The translations under genes and the position numbers were made by a program. From Spizellomyces punctatus DAOM BR117 (Eukaryota): a stretch of DNA of 64,000 nucleotides. Positions within the stretch are counted from its first letter, which is position 1. Each line of letters begins with the position of its first letter. The notes under the pieces are model-generated. The model worked only from the letters and a program-made list of their open reading frames with translations, had not been told where the DNA came from and did not search any database. The stretch lies in NCBI GenBank assembly GCA_000182565.2, contig KQ257454.1. One strand, written 5' to 3'. Shown here piece by piece: positions 11,991 through 24,110 of this stretch.

Positions 11991-13444
11991 ATGTCAGATA
12001 CACGCCCAGAAGCACTTAATTCCACCTTTTCCAATGACCCGCCCAACCTGGAACCGGATTCCGAAGACGACGATCACGCACCAGAAGTTGGGCGAGACAG
12101 CAATGGTGCGCCAAGATTGTGAAGCTTGGCGAAAGCTTATCTTTGCCAATTATTTTTCTGGTATTCTTAGAGGGCTTTTTGGACAACGTACCTGACGATA
12201 CAACGGTATAAATGTCAGTTCATGCAAAGGGTTGTACTTGAAATGTCCTAAAGGATTGACTCCAACAGGAGTTGGACCTCATCCATGAACGCATAACAAC
12301 TCTCGAAGGACTTGGGTTAGAGCGATTACACCAACTACAGGTTTGTCACTCGTTGCGTTTATTTCACTTTTTATTGTAATTAAATCAAACGGCAACACTT
12401 TAAGCGGCTCAGCTTGCGCCAAAATCTTATTACAAAAATCACGGACTTGAACCATCTCACGCAACTGGAGGAACTCGACGTGTACGATAATCGGATTACA
12501 AAAGTAGAAGGTCTTGATCAGTTAACAGCGCTGACGTGGGTTCTCTCAACTCTGTGGACGCTTTAAGTATGGCCTGGTATTGATTGCGAGATATAGATCT
12601 CTTGACCTGTCCTTCAACAAAATTCGACATATTGAGAATCTTGATACGTTACTCAACGTCACGGACCTGTATTTTGTCGCAAACAAGATCTCACGCATTA
12701 CAAACTTGGGGCATCTTGTCAATTTGAGAAATCTAGAGTTGGGTGCTAATCGTATACGTGTAAGTCGTTTAAAATATCGAGTGTGATCTGGCAAAGTGCT
12801 AAATACTAATATTGGGTACAGACGATTGAAAACCTTGATAGTCTTGTCAACCTCGAACAGCTATGGCTGGGCAAGAACAAGATTGTGAAACTGCAAGGAT
12901 TAGATAACTTAAAGAATTTGAAAATCCTTAGCATTCAGGTTCGTATTGCACGTAATCCCCTCCGTTGCCTCATTATCCTAATATTTTGTCACAGAGTAAC
13001 CGGATCACCAAACTTGAAGGTCTGAGCAACCTTCATAACCTCGAGGAGCTCTATATAAGCCATAACGGAATCGAAAAGATTGAGAATCTGGAGATGAATA
13101 CAAAATTACGGGTCTTGGATGTGGGAGCGAATCGGATCACCGATTTGGAAGGCGTACATCATTTGGACGCATTAGAGGAGCTTTGGGTGTGTTTTATTTC
13201 TCTCCCGACTTTTGACGTCTGCTTTGCAGGGAGATTGATAATTTGGCATCTTTAGGCAAACGATAACAATCTATCTTCATTCGAGCAAATCGAAACTGTT
13301 CTTTCGGACAAACAACACCTCACCACCGTGTATTTTGAGCGGAACCCACTCGAAAAGGAAGCAAAGGCCACGTACCGATTAAAGATCAAGACGATTTTAC
13401 CGAGGGTGTTGCAGATTGATGCATCCATGGTCAGGGCTGCCTGA
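11991..13444 (+). CDS. SDS22: PP1 regulatory subunit Sds22/PPP1R7 (LRR protein)
   Basis: ELDLIHERIT, LRQNLITKI, LDVYDNRI, LDLSFNKIRHIENL, LYFVANKI, LELGANRIR, LWLGKNKI, LSIQSNRI, LYISHNGI, and the LRR cap TVYFERNP...YRLKI...QIDA. Confidence 0.93.
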
Positions 13445-13669
13445 TTCAGTTGGTTTCGTACTGTTTATATAGGAGGCGAGAGATATAGATATTTTTCGCA
13501 GTGTAGAACGTAACATTTGTTACAGAGTACATAGTATATAGGTTTCCAAGATAACCAAAATGGATCTGACTTTACATGGCCATTATCATAGCCACATGAA
13601 CCAGTAGTATCCTCAAAGAAACCAATCCCTTTCATTAAAAGAAAAAATGGTATAGCAACCAAATACCAA

Positions 13670-15350
13670 TCAACTCATCACGATCATCAACCATGCCAAA
13701 AATATTTGCACCCCGGCTACAAGGAAGAGAAATTGAATTCTTCTTTGTCGCGTAGGCTGGTCAATAGGGTTATAGCCTTCGGGGAGCATAATGTACTTGA
13801 GGGTTCGGAGCTGTTGTAATAGATTACTTAGAAGCTCTAGTAATGTGCAACGCAAGTGGTTGACACTTACTGTGAAAAAAGCTAGACACCCCATACTATA
13901 TGCGAAAATGCCATAAAATGCCCAATTCGCGGGTAAAAAGATTTTCACAATCAGGGTTGCGATAACCCTATTCATCTCATCAGAACACCTTTTACCATAA
14001 TGAACTGAGAACACGCTTACATACCCAATAAACTTATATCCACTGTACGCAATCAGGTCCAAGAAGGGAACTTCGGTTGTCACATTCAAGAGGTAAAATC
14101 CGAGCTTCAGAAACAAGACCTCGGTAAATACAATGAAGAAGGCAGTGGTGCCTGTCATTCCTAGGATATCTGGTGAAAAGCTACAAAAAAGTAAAGTTGA
14201 GTGGATTGGCCTCGTTTGACGAGACAGGAGAACTAGACCTACGATTTGGACAGTTTGCGATCCACTTGTGTTGGATCGCTTTTTGATGCCGCACTTTGTA
14301 ATCCCAGCCGGACGCCCACAAGGAGAATATAGGTCACAAATGACATGACTGATGATCAAGGATATCAAGGATACATGAACAAAATGACCAGTGTTGGAGG
14401 TTGTCAGCTGTTCGTACTCACCGGGAATATACAAGTCGGGTGCATTGAGATCCTCTCGAGGGGGTTTGTATCCCTCCATCGCACCATTCTGCTCAGATCG
14501 ACGGACCAGTCTTGTCCACGACTACTCAAGGTCTGTCAATACAGAAAAATGGACTCTGCCGCGGTATAGAACGTTTCTCTCACCTGATGACGAAATGGGA
14601 AGAGGAGGAGACGGATCTTGTTGAAGACATACGAGTTGCTAACGTTAAAGTAGTATTTCAAGTGTGGTACGTTGATCCAGCGATTCCACTATACGATGCT
14701 ATCATGAGCACTCAACACGCCTCCTCATCGACTCTATAATGACAGTGACCCACATTTTGATTCAGATTCTCCTGAGCCTGCTGTAAGGCCTTCCCACCCA
14801 GCTGCATACCCAGCTGCCCCGCTGCACTAGTCTGAAACTCGTTGATGAAGTTGCTCCCAAAGTAGTTCTGTTGGGAAGGTCCTCCCATATGTTGTCCGCC
14901 CATGTGCTGCGAAGCTTGCGGTTGGTTCATATTGTTCACGTACGCATTGGATGCTGAACCTCCCACACCAAAACTCCCTTGATGCATCCCTCCCGCTGGC
15001 CCAGGTGTTCCCCTAGGCATTTGTTGTGCCTGGAAGCCGCCAGTTCCTCCCGCACTGTACGATCCCTGGTGTGTTGGTTGTCTATGATATGGTTGCGGTG
15101 CGTAGCCTAGCGTGGCACTCTGAGCAGGAGGGAATTGAGCACCGTACCCGGATTGCGAGCGGTTGGCCTGAATGGGGGCTACCCGTGGCCCACCCGCTGC
15201 ACCTTGTGGTTGTCCAGTTGGAAGCTGTGGCGAGCTGGAGAATGATGTTTGGGGAGTTGTGAAGCCGACGGGACGTTGAGGATGTTGTGGGACGGGTGCT
15301 TGGATGGGGGGTGGAGACCATGAGGGTGTTGGTGGGCCACTGTTGTACAT
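13670..15350 (-). CDS. YIF1: ER-Golgi transport membrane protein Yif1
   Basis: P/Q-rich N-terminus, LKYYFNVSNSYVFNKIRLLLFPF, PPREDLNAPDLYIP, FSPDILG, DLIAYSGYKF, and several TM helices. Confidence 0.93.
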
Positions 15351-15469
15351 TGTGGTTAACGTTGAACCAGTGGACGCGATGAAAAAACAAAATGATTCGC
15401 CTGTGATGAGAGATTGATGTCGTGAACTTTTAGCGACGTGTCGAGCGGCCACTCGCCTTCCTTGTTACT

Positions 15470-15479
15470 ATCACGTGAC
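15470..15479. promoter_or_regulatory. RTCACGTG E-box (bHLH, Cbf1/USF-type) upstream of YIF1
   Basis: ATCACGTGAC lies 120 nt upstream of the YIF1 ATG. Similar RTCACGTG motifs occur at about 33563 and 46194, upstream of other genes. Confidence 0.3.
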
Positions 15480-15653
15480 TCTCATCCATATTTCTGCTTT
15501 CCACCCGAGTTTATCAATATTCAACCAGTGCTCTCTGTTTATGCCTTTTACTCCATTATTTCTTACGGCCTTTTATTCAGGACTTTAATAAGTACATACG
15601 ACTACATATAATAAAAATTATGTAAAGAAAAAATACTGACGATGTACACCATC

Positions 15654-17333
15654 TCAGAGAACGCTCAAAATCGTTGCAACAACGCCGGCTGCAAGCGTCA
15701 CAATTCCGGCTTGCAAAGAACCTGCACCATTTCCTTTTGTGTTGGAGTTTGCGCTGCCAGAACCGCCACCGGTTTTGTTGACGGCATTGAGGGACGCGGG
15801 ATCCAAATTGATTGGCCGGGCACTGTCATTCCATTTGCAGGCATCTGACGTGCAGAGGCATTTGCAGCCGACAGGGTCCCACCAGAGGGTGTCGCACGTG
15901 GTTGGGAGACGGCAGCGTGTGGATGTGCTCTGCGGTGATGGATTCGCCAGACTAGGATAAGCCGACGGGCAGCCGTAGCATGTCTACGTAAATTATCCTT
16001 TAGTCATGCTAAAGCGTAGACTTCATACTCCGTATTATGTCCTTACCCTGAATGGGCCCTCTGGTGGGTTGCAGGCCTCCGGCGCAGCATTGCCGGTTCC
16101 GTTACCGCCCAGCCCATTGCAGATACCAGTCGGGGGCGCTGGGTTGGGTGTGCACGACATGTAAGGTTGCGCGCCCAATTGAGACGCGGGAACAGGGTTT
16201 TTCATATATTGAATCAGCTGGGCGCCCGTTACCATCCACGTATCAGGTCTCGAGAGTGCATAATCCAAGAATGCTGCAATGGCCGCGAGTTTGGCAGTCC
16301 CGTCTGGAACAGAGGGAGGGACGCCTTTACCCAGCCAGATGGGGTGGACGTACACACCAAATGGCGCCTTTTGTCCGTTGTAGTGCTTATCAAATGTTGC
16401 TTTGTAATCGTTGGTGAGTTGCTCTGGCGTAAGGGACTGTCCTGTTGTGAGCAGGGATGTCACTGTAACCTAACGACAGATATGCACTCACCGGGGCAGT
16501 CGGAAGTGGATCATTGAAAGGATCCATGAGGTGCTGCTTTCCATCCGAACCCACGAAACCATACATGGGAATTTCCCACAACCCTTTTGTTTGCATGGTT
16601 TGACCACAAAGGTTGATAATGCCCAGACAATCGTTGACAGTGCCATAGTCAAGGGTGTATGGCCAGACGGCATCAGAATCAAAGGCCGACATGGAAGTTT
16701 CATACTCGAATCCCATCTTGGTCAGCATTTCCAGAGCATCCTTTGTATAGTTCAAGAAGGGAAAGCGGAACCCAGTAATTTTGCCCAACGGGATACCGGC
16801 CAACTCGTTGACCCACTTGCGCATGCCCTCCACTTCGGCATAAGTGCCAGTGAAAGGAGGTGTATGCGTGATGGTGTGATCGGCCACTTCGTTCCCCTGC
16901 GCATACCACTGTGTGACGAGGAACGGGTCGCTAAAGTTGACTTGAGTGTACCACGTCGATTTGACAGTACATCCGTTGGGATTTTTGCGGTTCAATAGAG
17001 ACTGTGCCTGCTGCCAAGTTGCTAATAGAAAAGTGTGTCAGCACGAGCATAATGATACCTTTGGTAAATGAGTATGTTTACCTTCTTGAACGGCATCGTC
17101 AAATGTCAACAAGAGAAACTGAGGGGGATTGGCAACGGGAGGAGCCAAACTCGCACAACGACAAGCGGGCGGCTTGCAAGCATTTGGGTCGCCTTGATGG
17201 GGAAGACTCAACGTGAATCTCCAAAATGACAAACACTCGCCCAACCGTTCTACTTACAGTTGTAGTTTGACAGCTGTGCGGTTACGACCGAAGACGCCAG
17301 CAAGGCAAGAGCGAGAGGACGCATGGCAACCAT
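15654..17333 (-). CDS. Secreted, probably GPI-anchored CE4 polysaccharide/chitin deacetylase
   Basis: Signal peptide MVAMRPLALALLASSVVTA. C-x4-C-x3-PACRCAS, LTFDDAV (motif 1), NEVADHTITH (motif 2), GFRFPFL (motif 3), GLWEIPMY, APFGVYVHPIW. Cys-rich domain, G/S linker and hydrophobic C-terminal tail AGIVTLAAGVVATILSVL*. Confidence 0.88.
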
Positions 17334-17642
17334 AATGAAAAGAATAAGAAGCAAGAACCAGTACGAGATCTAGTCTAAAATAACAATAAAACGATGAGGT
17401 TAAAAAAGAAATGCCCTTGCCTTGGGCGACGGACCCCCGCTGTGGCAAAGCACCCCCACACGGCGTGACGAGGGATCCTGTAAACGGCCGTTCGCGCCTC
17501 CCTTTTTTATTAATTCTTTTAAAGAACGTTCTTTGTCACATGACATATATTCACAACTGTGCCTTATTTTAGTGGCACAGTCATTGTGTACCATGCAGCA
17601 TCGCATTGGGCATTATCACTCTTGTTGAAGTCAGATACCCAA

Positions 17643-19358
17643 ATGTCCAAAGGATTGGGACAAGATGACTTTCGAAAACTGTTGGCGACTCCACGCTCTG
17701 TGCTCCAGCAAACACCGCGGGCAGCGCAAACACCTCGACAGACCCCCAGGGCCACCAAGGATGCCGATGGGTTCGCCCAACCGGCACCAGTGAAGTCCAA
17801 AAAGAAGCTCTGGAAACCTCCGAGCAAAGAAGGCGCCTCCCAGTCTGACAATGGGCCAGGGTATCGAGACCGAGCACGAGAGCGAAGAGAAGGAGCAAAT
17901 CCAGACTATGAGGAAACGGAGCAAATGCTGGCAGTCTTGAAAGCCAGTGAACAATCCCAAAACGCTGACCGGACCGAAACCGATACAAGTCTTTCCATTG
18001 AGCAGAGCAAATATCTTGGCGGTGATGCCAAGCATACTCATCTAGTGAAGGGTCTTGATTATGCGCTGTTGGAAAAAGTCCAACGAGAGTTGCAACAGAA
18101 AGATGCTGAAGAGAAAAAGGAAGAGGAGGCAATACAGTATGTTGAGCAAATCCACGGGGACGGTGGTTCAAAGTTCAACTCTACGTTTGCGGCAAACATT
18201 TACGAATTGGCGGTCAAAAAGGCAAAGGTGCAACCGCCGCTTCGCAATGAACTCTTTATACCGGGAAGGCTGGCCTTTGCTTGGGAACTGGGAACAATTG
18301 ACGAAACGGGAGATTACATAGGAACGAGGGATATTCCCACATCGGTAATGCGAAGCAGGGCCGATGTAAAGGGCTACGACCGAAATTTTACCATTTCCGG
18401 TAGCGATCTGGTGATCGAAAAGGTCGCCTCCGTCGTGGCGTACTTGAGAGAAGGGAGTGGCACGGCTGGTGCTAATCCCAGCGGAAAGCGGCGAGTGAAA
18501 CGAAAGGACAAGGAGAAAGGGCAAGCGCAAATTGAAAAGGTAGAGGAACCTGGAACCGCTAAACAGGCCCAGACTGAGGAAGAGGACATCTTTGCAGACG
18601 CAGGGCGGGAGTACACTTTTCAAGTGGAGGACCGAGGGCGTAGACCTGCCGATAGGGTTGTTGGAATGGGCGAATACTTTGACAGTGCTGCTGTCCTGAT
18701 GGAGGACAACAAGGAGGCTAGTGATGGGATGGACCTGGACGTGATTGGCCCGGAGTCTGGTAACGCCTTGTCGACAATTCTTCAGGAAAGCGCAGGAATG
18801 CTGGACTCACTACAAGGGGATGGGGCTGCGAAGAAAATGGTTGGATCGTTACAAACCGCGGGCGGAGCAAAAATGCCAACCGACTTGGAGCAACCTTCCA
18901 CAGGATCCACAACTGGTCACAAAAGGCAACACTCGGACCTTCTTCCTGCATCCGCTTTGGATGATGTGCAAGAAAACCATCTCGCTGATCTCGCCGATCT
19001 CGACGACTCTGCAAGTGACGCGGAAGGAGCCGATTTGAATCAGATGGACTTGGGTGTACGACAAAACAAGCGAAAACAGTTGACTCGCTTCGATTTTGAT
19101 ACCGATGAAGAATGGCAAAAGTACAAGGATAAGCAAGTGCATTTACCAAAGGCCGCCTTCCAATTTGGCATCAAAGCGAGTGACGGCCGACAGAAGTCGG
19201 GACGAAAAGGGGGCGAAGGATCTGGCAAAAAGAAGAACCACGACGCAAAGTTGAACCGTGAATTCCAGCAGTTGAATAAGGTCTTTACGGATAAGTACGG
19301 AACTGGGCTAGAAGATAGCGGTGGTGGACGTAATAAGAAGCAGAAGCGTGGAAAATAG
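17643..19358 (+). CDS. RED/IK (Smu2)-like spliceosomal protein, single exon
   Basis: LGQDDFRKLLATPR, YRDRARERREGANPDYE, SKYLGGDAKHTHLVKGLDYALL, RNELFIPGR, FDFDTDEEWQKYK...LPKAAFQFGIK. Confidence 0.93.
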   Translation: MSKGLGQDDFRKLLATPRSVLQQTPRAAQTPRQTPRATKDADGFAQPAPVKSKKKLWKPPSKEGASQSDNGPGYRDRARERREGANPDYEETEQMLAVLKASEQSQNADRTETDTSLSIEQSKYLGGDAKHTHLVKGLDYALLEKVQRELQQKDAEEKKEEEAIQYVEQIHGDGGSKFNSTFAANIYELAVKKAKVQPPLRNELFIPGRLAFAWELGTIDETGDYIGTRDIPTSVMRSRADVKGYDRNFTISGSDLVIEKVASVVAYLREGSGTAGANPSGKRRVKRKDKEKGQAQIEKVEEPGTAKQAQTEEEDIFADAGREYTFQVEDRGRRPADRVVGMGEYFDSAAVLMEDNKEASDGMDLDVIGPESGNALSTILQESAGMLDSLQGDGAAKKMVGSLQTAGGAKMPTDLEQPSTGSTTGHKRQHSDLLPASALDDVQENHLADLADLDDSASDAEGADLNQMDLGVRQNKRKQLTRFDFDTDEEWQKYKDKQVHLPKAAFQFGIKASDGRQKSGRKGGEGSGKKKNHDAKLNREFQQLNKVFTDKYGTGLEDSGGGRNKKQKRGK

Positions 19359-19801
19359 TTTGGATTCCGATTAATAATTGAGAAGTCTGTTGCCCCAAAA
19401 TGCTCATGTAAACCATTCTACACAAACACTGCACGGCGTCGTACATTTATCAGAGTAATTTTGAAAAGCCCTGGATCACGGCTACATGTCTGCTGACGTA
19501 CTATTTAGTTGTCTTCTACACCCAAATGTGAGGTTAAGGTCAAGCTAATATTATACAATCCATAACTATTTAGGACCTCCCGTTTTCCTGTGTGTAGTAC
19601 GATCCTTTTGCCGCTTGAAATAAGCTCCCAGACGCGGTCTGATCATACTGGGGTAGTGGAATGGCATAGCTCTAACAGAGGTATCCACCTCAAGCGTGCT
19701 GAGCGAATATGTCATACATACAAGAAAAGTGGGTATATTGACACAATTAAAGTGAACATGCCAAAATACCTGAAGCGACTGTAATCTCACATTCTATAGC
19801 A

Positions 19802-20997
19802 CTAGACTAAGAACTCATCAAAATCCAGCTTTTCACTAAGTTCTGCGGGAGGTGTTGGATCAACCTGAGAAAGCTTCTCCTCTTGCGTTATGGAAGTCGT
19901 ATCCCAACTATCAACGAGCTGACTGCCTAATCCCATGGTAGAATCAGTCGTCGGCAAAGTCGTGGTATTGGACGATAGACTAGACATGTCAAAACCGCCC
20001 ACATCCAAACTCTCCATTCCGAATCCACCCAGCTCCATTGGAGATGAATCAAGCGAGCCCATGGAATCACCAAACATGTCAAAAAACCCTTGGGATTGGC
20101 TCGCCAACCCCTCCCCTTGTGCAGGTAGCGCGGTATCACTAAGGCTAGTCATTGCAAGAACATCCCCGCCGAGGCCGCTATTTGCACTTAAATCATCCAA
20201 GATTCCATCCAACTTTGCGGAGGCCTGCACCGGTGGTAGAACGTCTAATACCAAGTCCATATGCGACTCCGTCGGTACTTCAGGTGCGACGCTATCTCTG
20301 GAGCTTAATACAGGTGACAAATTAGGAATTCCGTCTGCTCCTGTCTTGTGGGGGTTATCGTCCACGTCATCCAATTCTGCATAGTCCTCATCTACAAAGC
20401 GACGGGGAGGGGCCCGACTAGCATACTTTTGTATCAGAGACTCGTCACGATACGAACGGGAGAGCGCCTCGGTAGTCGATGAGGAGAGGTCGACAAGAGT
20501 GGAATGCCAACGCGTTAGCAAGGATGTATACTGGGCGATAGCTGTTGACTTTTGTGTGATATCTTTCTGCAAGTGGGAAATTTCCTATCATATACATGAG
20601 CTTTGTTATCTCGTATGTCTTCATATACAAAAAGTGTGCCATACGTGCTGTAGAACGGTGGTCTCGTCGGACATTAGCTGCAAGCGGTATCGAACGAGAT
20701 CAGACCGTAGCGCGTTCATATTATCGCGGAGGGATTCCATTGCACTTTCCAGCGCTTTTCAGACGTGAAAAAGTGCATCAGATTAGATAGCTTACAGAGC
20801 TTTTTAGGCCTGTCTGTCTCCTGAAAGACGTGAATTCCGTTGTAGTCACCTTCTGGCTGCTGGCGGCTTGAGTTAGACTCTACCAAAGGACTAATTCCCG
20901 TGTTGAGCAGGCCAGACCGAGCACTGGCCAAAGTTGCCTGGGCCCGCTCCAACAAAGCCGTCATGCTTCTGGGTGTGGGATATGGAACTGTGGTCAT
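19802..20997 (-). CDS. Probable Mediator subunit MED28-like protein with a long acidic low-complexity tail
   Basis: Exons 20997-20796, 20754-20645 and 20584-19802 give 364 aa. Spliced core: LESAMESLRDNMNALRSDLVRYRLQLMSDETTVLQHEISHLQKDITQKSTAIAQYTSLLTRWHSTLVDL. This resembles the MED28 coiled-coil core as recalled from memory. Confidence 0.6.
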
Positions 20998-21063
20998 CGT
21001 GAGTAATGAATTAATGTGGAGGAATGCTCATCTGGGGACATTTAGGCTGAGGTTACCGGACTT

Positions 21064-21077
21064 GTTGGCATAACAAC
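21064..21077. promoter_or_regulatory. X-box-like element GTTGGCATAACAAC in the MED28-like/SCAI divergent promoter
   Basis: GTTG-N6-CAAC 14-bp imperfect palindrome between divergent ATGs at 20997 and 21315. Confidence 0.35.
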
Positions 21078-21314
21078 CAAGCCAGCGCGTAGGGGCTGGG
21101 GAAGCGCGCTCTGCAACCTACAGTGCCGGGGTTGTCATCCCACAGACTAGGAAGCGGAGACTTCTTTTCAACTCTTCTGCTCAACCAAAGTGGAATTCTC
21201 AGGCGGTGTGAGAAGAAATTTCAGCGAGACTGCGCACAATAATTACTACTTTTAATACGCGCAAGCATCGTACAAATCAGACTTTGAACATTTTTCGGTC
21301 GTGTACGCAATACA

Positions 21315-24110
21315 ATGGCAGATGCCATCGACGGAGGCCATCTCGGCGAGACGGAGCATCAAGGACCGCTAGCAGCTACCAGCAATTCAGACCATGCAGC
21401 GTTTTCGCCCGGCAGCGCTGACCCAAACGTTGTCATTGCTCAAGGTTAATTTCGTTTCCTCAACCTGACCCGGTGCACCGCGTCGCTTGTTGCTTATGGT
21501 TGCTACCTGTAGAGTTCCAGTACTTGGTGGAAAAGTCGCAACAGCTCTTTGCCGGTCTTAGGTATGCAACCCGAGATGCGAAACCCATATGTATGGTTGT
21601 GATGCGAACGACAATTTCTTAGGGATGTCCCACCCACTGGCCGAAATTGGCAGCCATACTTTCAGCGTACCTTTGAGGTGCTGTGTATTTTGTGCAATCT
21701 TTTGACATGATGTATATATCTTGCTGATTATCAGTATATCGCTACTGATTAGGTATACCAAAAGCTATGGAAATTCCAACAAATGCACAGGTTGCTGTCG
21801 TTATCGTCTGTTTCGCATATGTGGTAACAACATTGGCTGAAACATCGTATAGATCCATTCTTGAAAACAAGGAATATTACGGACTCAAGAGATGGGAAAT
21901 TGGTGAAGTGGCGTCGAAGATTGGCCGTAAGTATGCAGGCATACTCCAGTCCAATTCTTCCATTAGTTGAATAACGCTCCTCACGTTGATTACAGAGCTT
22001 TACTATCACTACTATCTTCGCACGAGCGAAACCAATTACCTACATGAGTCATGTGTTTTCTATGAGGCCGTGCGCAATCGACAATATTTTAAGGACGTAC
22101 TGGAGGCGAATAAGTGAGAGTCGTTTATGGTATCAACTCCATGAGCCGACGGGAACCTGATCTTCTCTCTTCTGTAGTCCTGCGCTGGTTATTAAAAAGT
22201 TGCGATATTACGCCCGGTTCATTGTCGTGTGCTTGTTCCTCAACCGATATGATATGATACGAAAGCTAATGGAAGAGCTCACTGCGCTCGTTGATGAGTA
22301 CACAAAAACTTTCAATCCAAATGACTCGGAGTGGAATGTGGTGTTGTCAGAGATATCGACATTCTTAGAGGTAGCCAGTTGAACATGGTGGTGGTATTCT
22401 AGGATGCTTGATGTTGATAAGGCATTCTGTACCCTGAAGGCTCAGAAGAAAACCACACCCGTTGATCTTGACGGCAACGCGTTGATTGCGCCAAGCCGGT
22501 TGCAAGTGGAAAGGACGCCCAAGTACGACAAGGACGGATCAACGCGGTTACGATTGCAAGAAGCGATCCTTGTGGGAAATTATCAAAATCAGGTAATGAT
22601 GGAGAAGTGGAACTTGCATCCCGGTAAATACTAACTCAAGAAATGGCGATGTGGTTGAAATCGGATCTGTAGATCAAATTTTCAGAGTTGACCCTTGATA
22701 TGTACAGGCTGTTACAGTCATTGGAGCGTGAACCGACACTGCTGGCAAGCAGTGGCAGGAGAGGTGGTCCTAGTGACGATGCGGCTGCAGGGGACAAGAA
22801 AGAAGAGGCCCATAATGATGAAGCAATGAAGCCTCCGGGTGTTTCTGGTGGTAATGCTGTTGGTGGAGACAATGCGGCTACACGCAGAACCAATCCCCAC
22901 AAGTATCTATTATATCGACCGACATTTGCCCAGTTGATGTATTATATTGCAACCACCTTCAAGGTTTGGCAAGTTCAACTCAGTAACAATATGGACTCTA
23001 TCAACTCAATGCTATTCTCCAGGACATCTCGGATAATTCAGCGTTGCTGCTATATCTTTCTGCCGACGGATCAAAGCGGGCAGTGAAATCCGACCAGGGC
23101 GATTCTGGTAAGTCATCCAGTATCTAGTTCTGGTCATTTCTGGATGACCTTAATGTTCCGTCCAAGTTTTGTCATCTGGCTATTCTGGCGGGGTGGCTAC
23201 GGCGGTGAATGTCAAATACGCACGCAAATCTCCAGAGAAGGCAGAAGCTGAACAAACTCCCCTTATTCACTGCCTGCATCCCAACGACTTGATTCCATTT
23301 ACGCGCAAACCAATGTTCGTCATTGTTGATAGTACCAATAGTATCGCCTTTAAGGTGCGTTCATAAACTTTCTGGGAGCCAGCCGTGTGACACAGCTGAT
23401 CTGACGTTCGTCCATATCTTAGGAATTCCCCAAGGTCTTTGGTCAGCTGTTGGTCTTTCTTATGAGTCCGACCGAGTATCCAGCATCCATCAAAGGTAAA
23501 ACGTTGGAGTAAACGCACGATAAAGTAACACCTCAATAACGCCCATGTATGCAGATAATACGCAAATAGGCAGTCTCTTCACCCTCTTCCTTCACGCCCC
23601 AGTAAAAGCATTTGCGTTCATCTCGGATTTGACAGAAATCGCAAAGGATGTTTGGGAGAAGTGCATAGCTCAAATTTCAACCGTCGAGACCATTATCGGC
23701 GACTTATTTGACAAGGAGCCTGCTCTAGGTAAATTTCATAGAATGATTTAATTGTTTTATATTTCGCGTGAAAACTAATATCCCTCTTTCATTTTAAAGA
23801 TAATACATATAAACGCTTTCTTCAAGACGACTTTTTGCGACAGTTCTTGATACGATATGTCTTGTGTGATGCATTGCTTCATGCACATAACAGCTTCAAG
23901 GATCCTCAGGTAGTATTATCTGCGGCTTCAGTACTTCTCACTAGCTAATATGACGCTTCTCAAAACCAGCATTTCCCATCGTGTTTCCCGGCGCTTGTAC
24001 CCACGATCGCGACAGCACCTGAACTTACCAGCAAGCTTCAAGAGTTGACAGTGATGGCTGGTGTAGCTAATTTGTACACAATTGCGGCGCCGACTGATGC
24101 TCCACCGTGA
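21315..24110 (+). CDS. SCAI: SCAI (suppressor of cancer cell invasion) homolog, many exons
   Basis: EFQYLVEKSQQLFAGLRD, FQRTFEVYQKLWKFQQ, YGLKRWEIGEVASKIGQLYYHYYLRTSETNYL, KKLRYYARFIVVCL, KFSELTLDMYRLLQSLEREP, NPHKYLLYRPT, PFTRKPMFVIVDS, GSLFTLFLHAP. Confidence 0.93.

Noticed and set aside
14349-14421. GTATCCTT/ATATCCTT and TCCTTGAT strings in a YIF1 intron, suggesting a second U12 intron
   Set aside because: They sit near the 3' end of an ordinary GTGAGT..CAG intron that already restores the conserved DLYIP-x-MSF frame.
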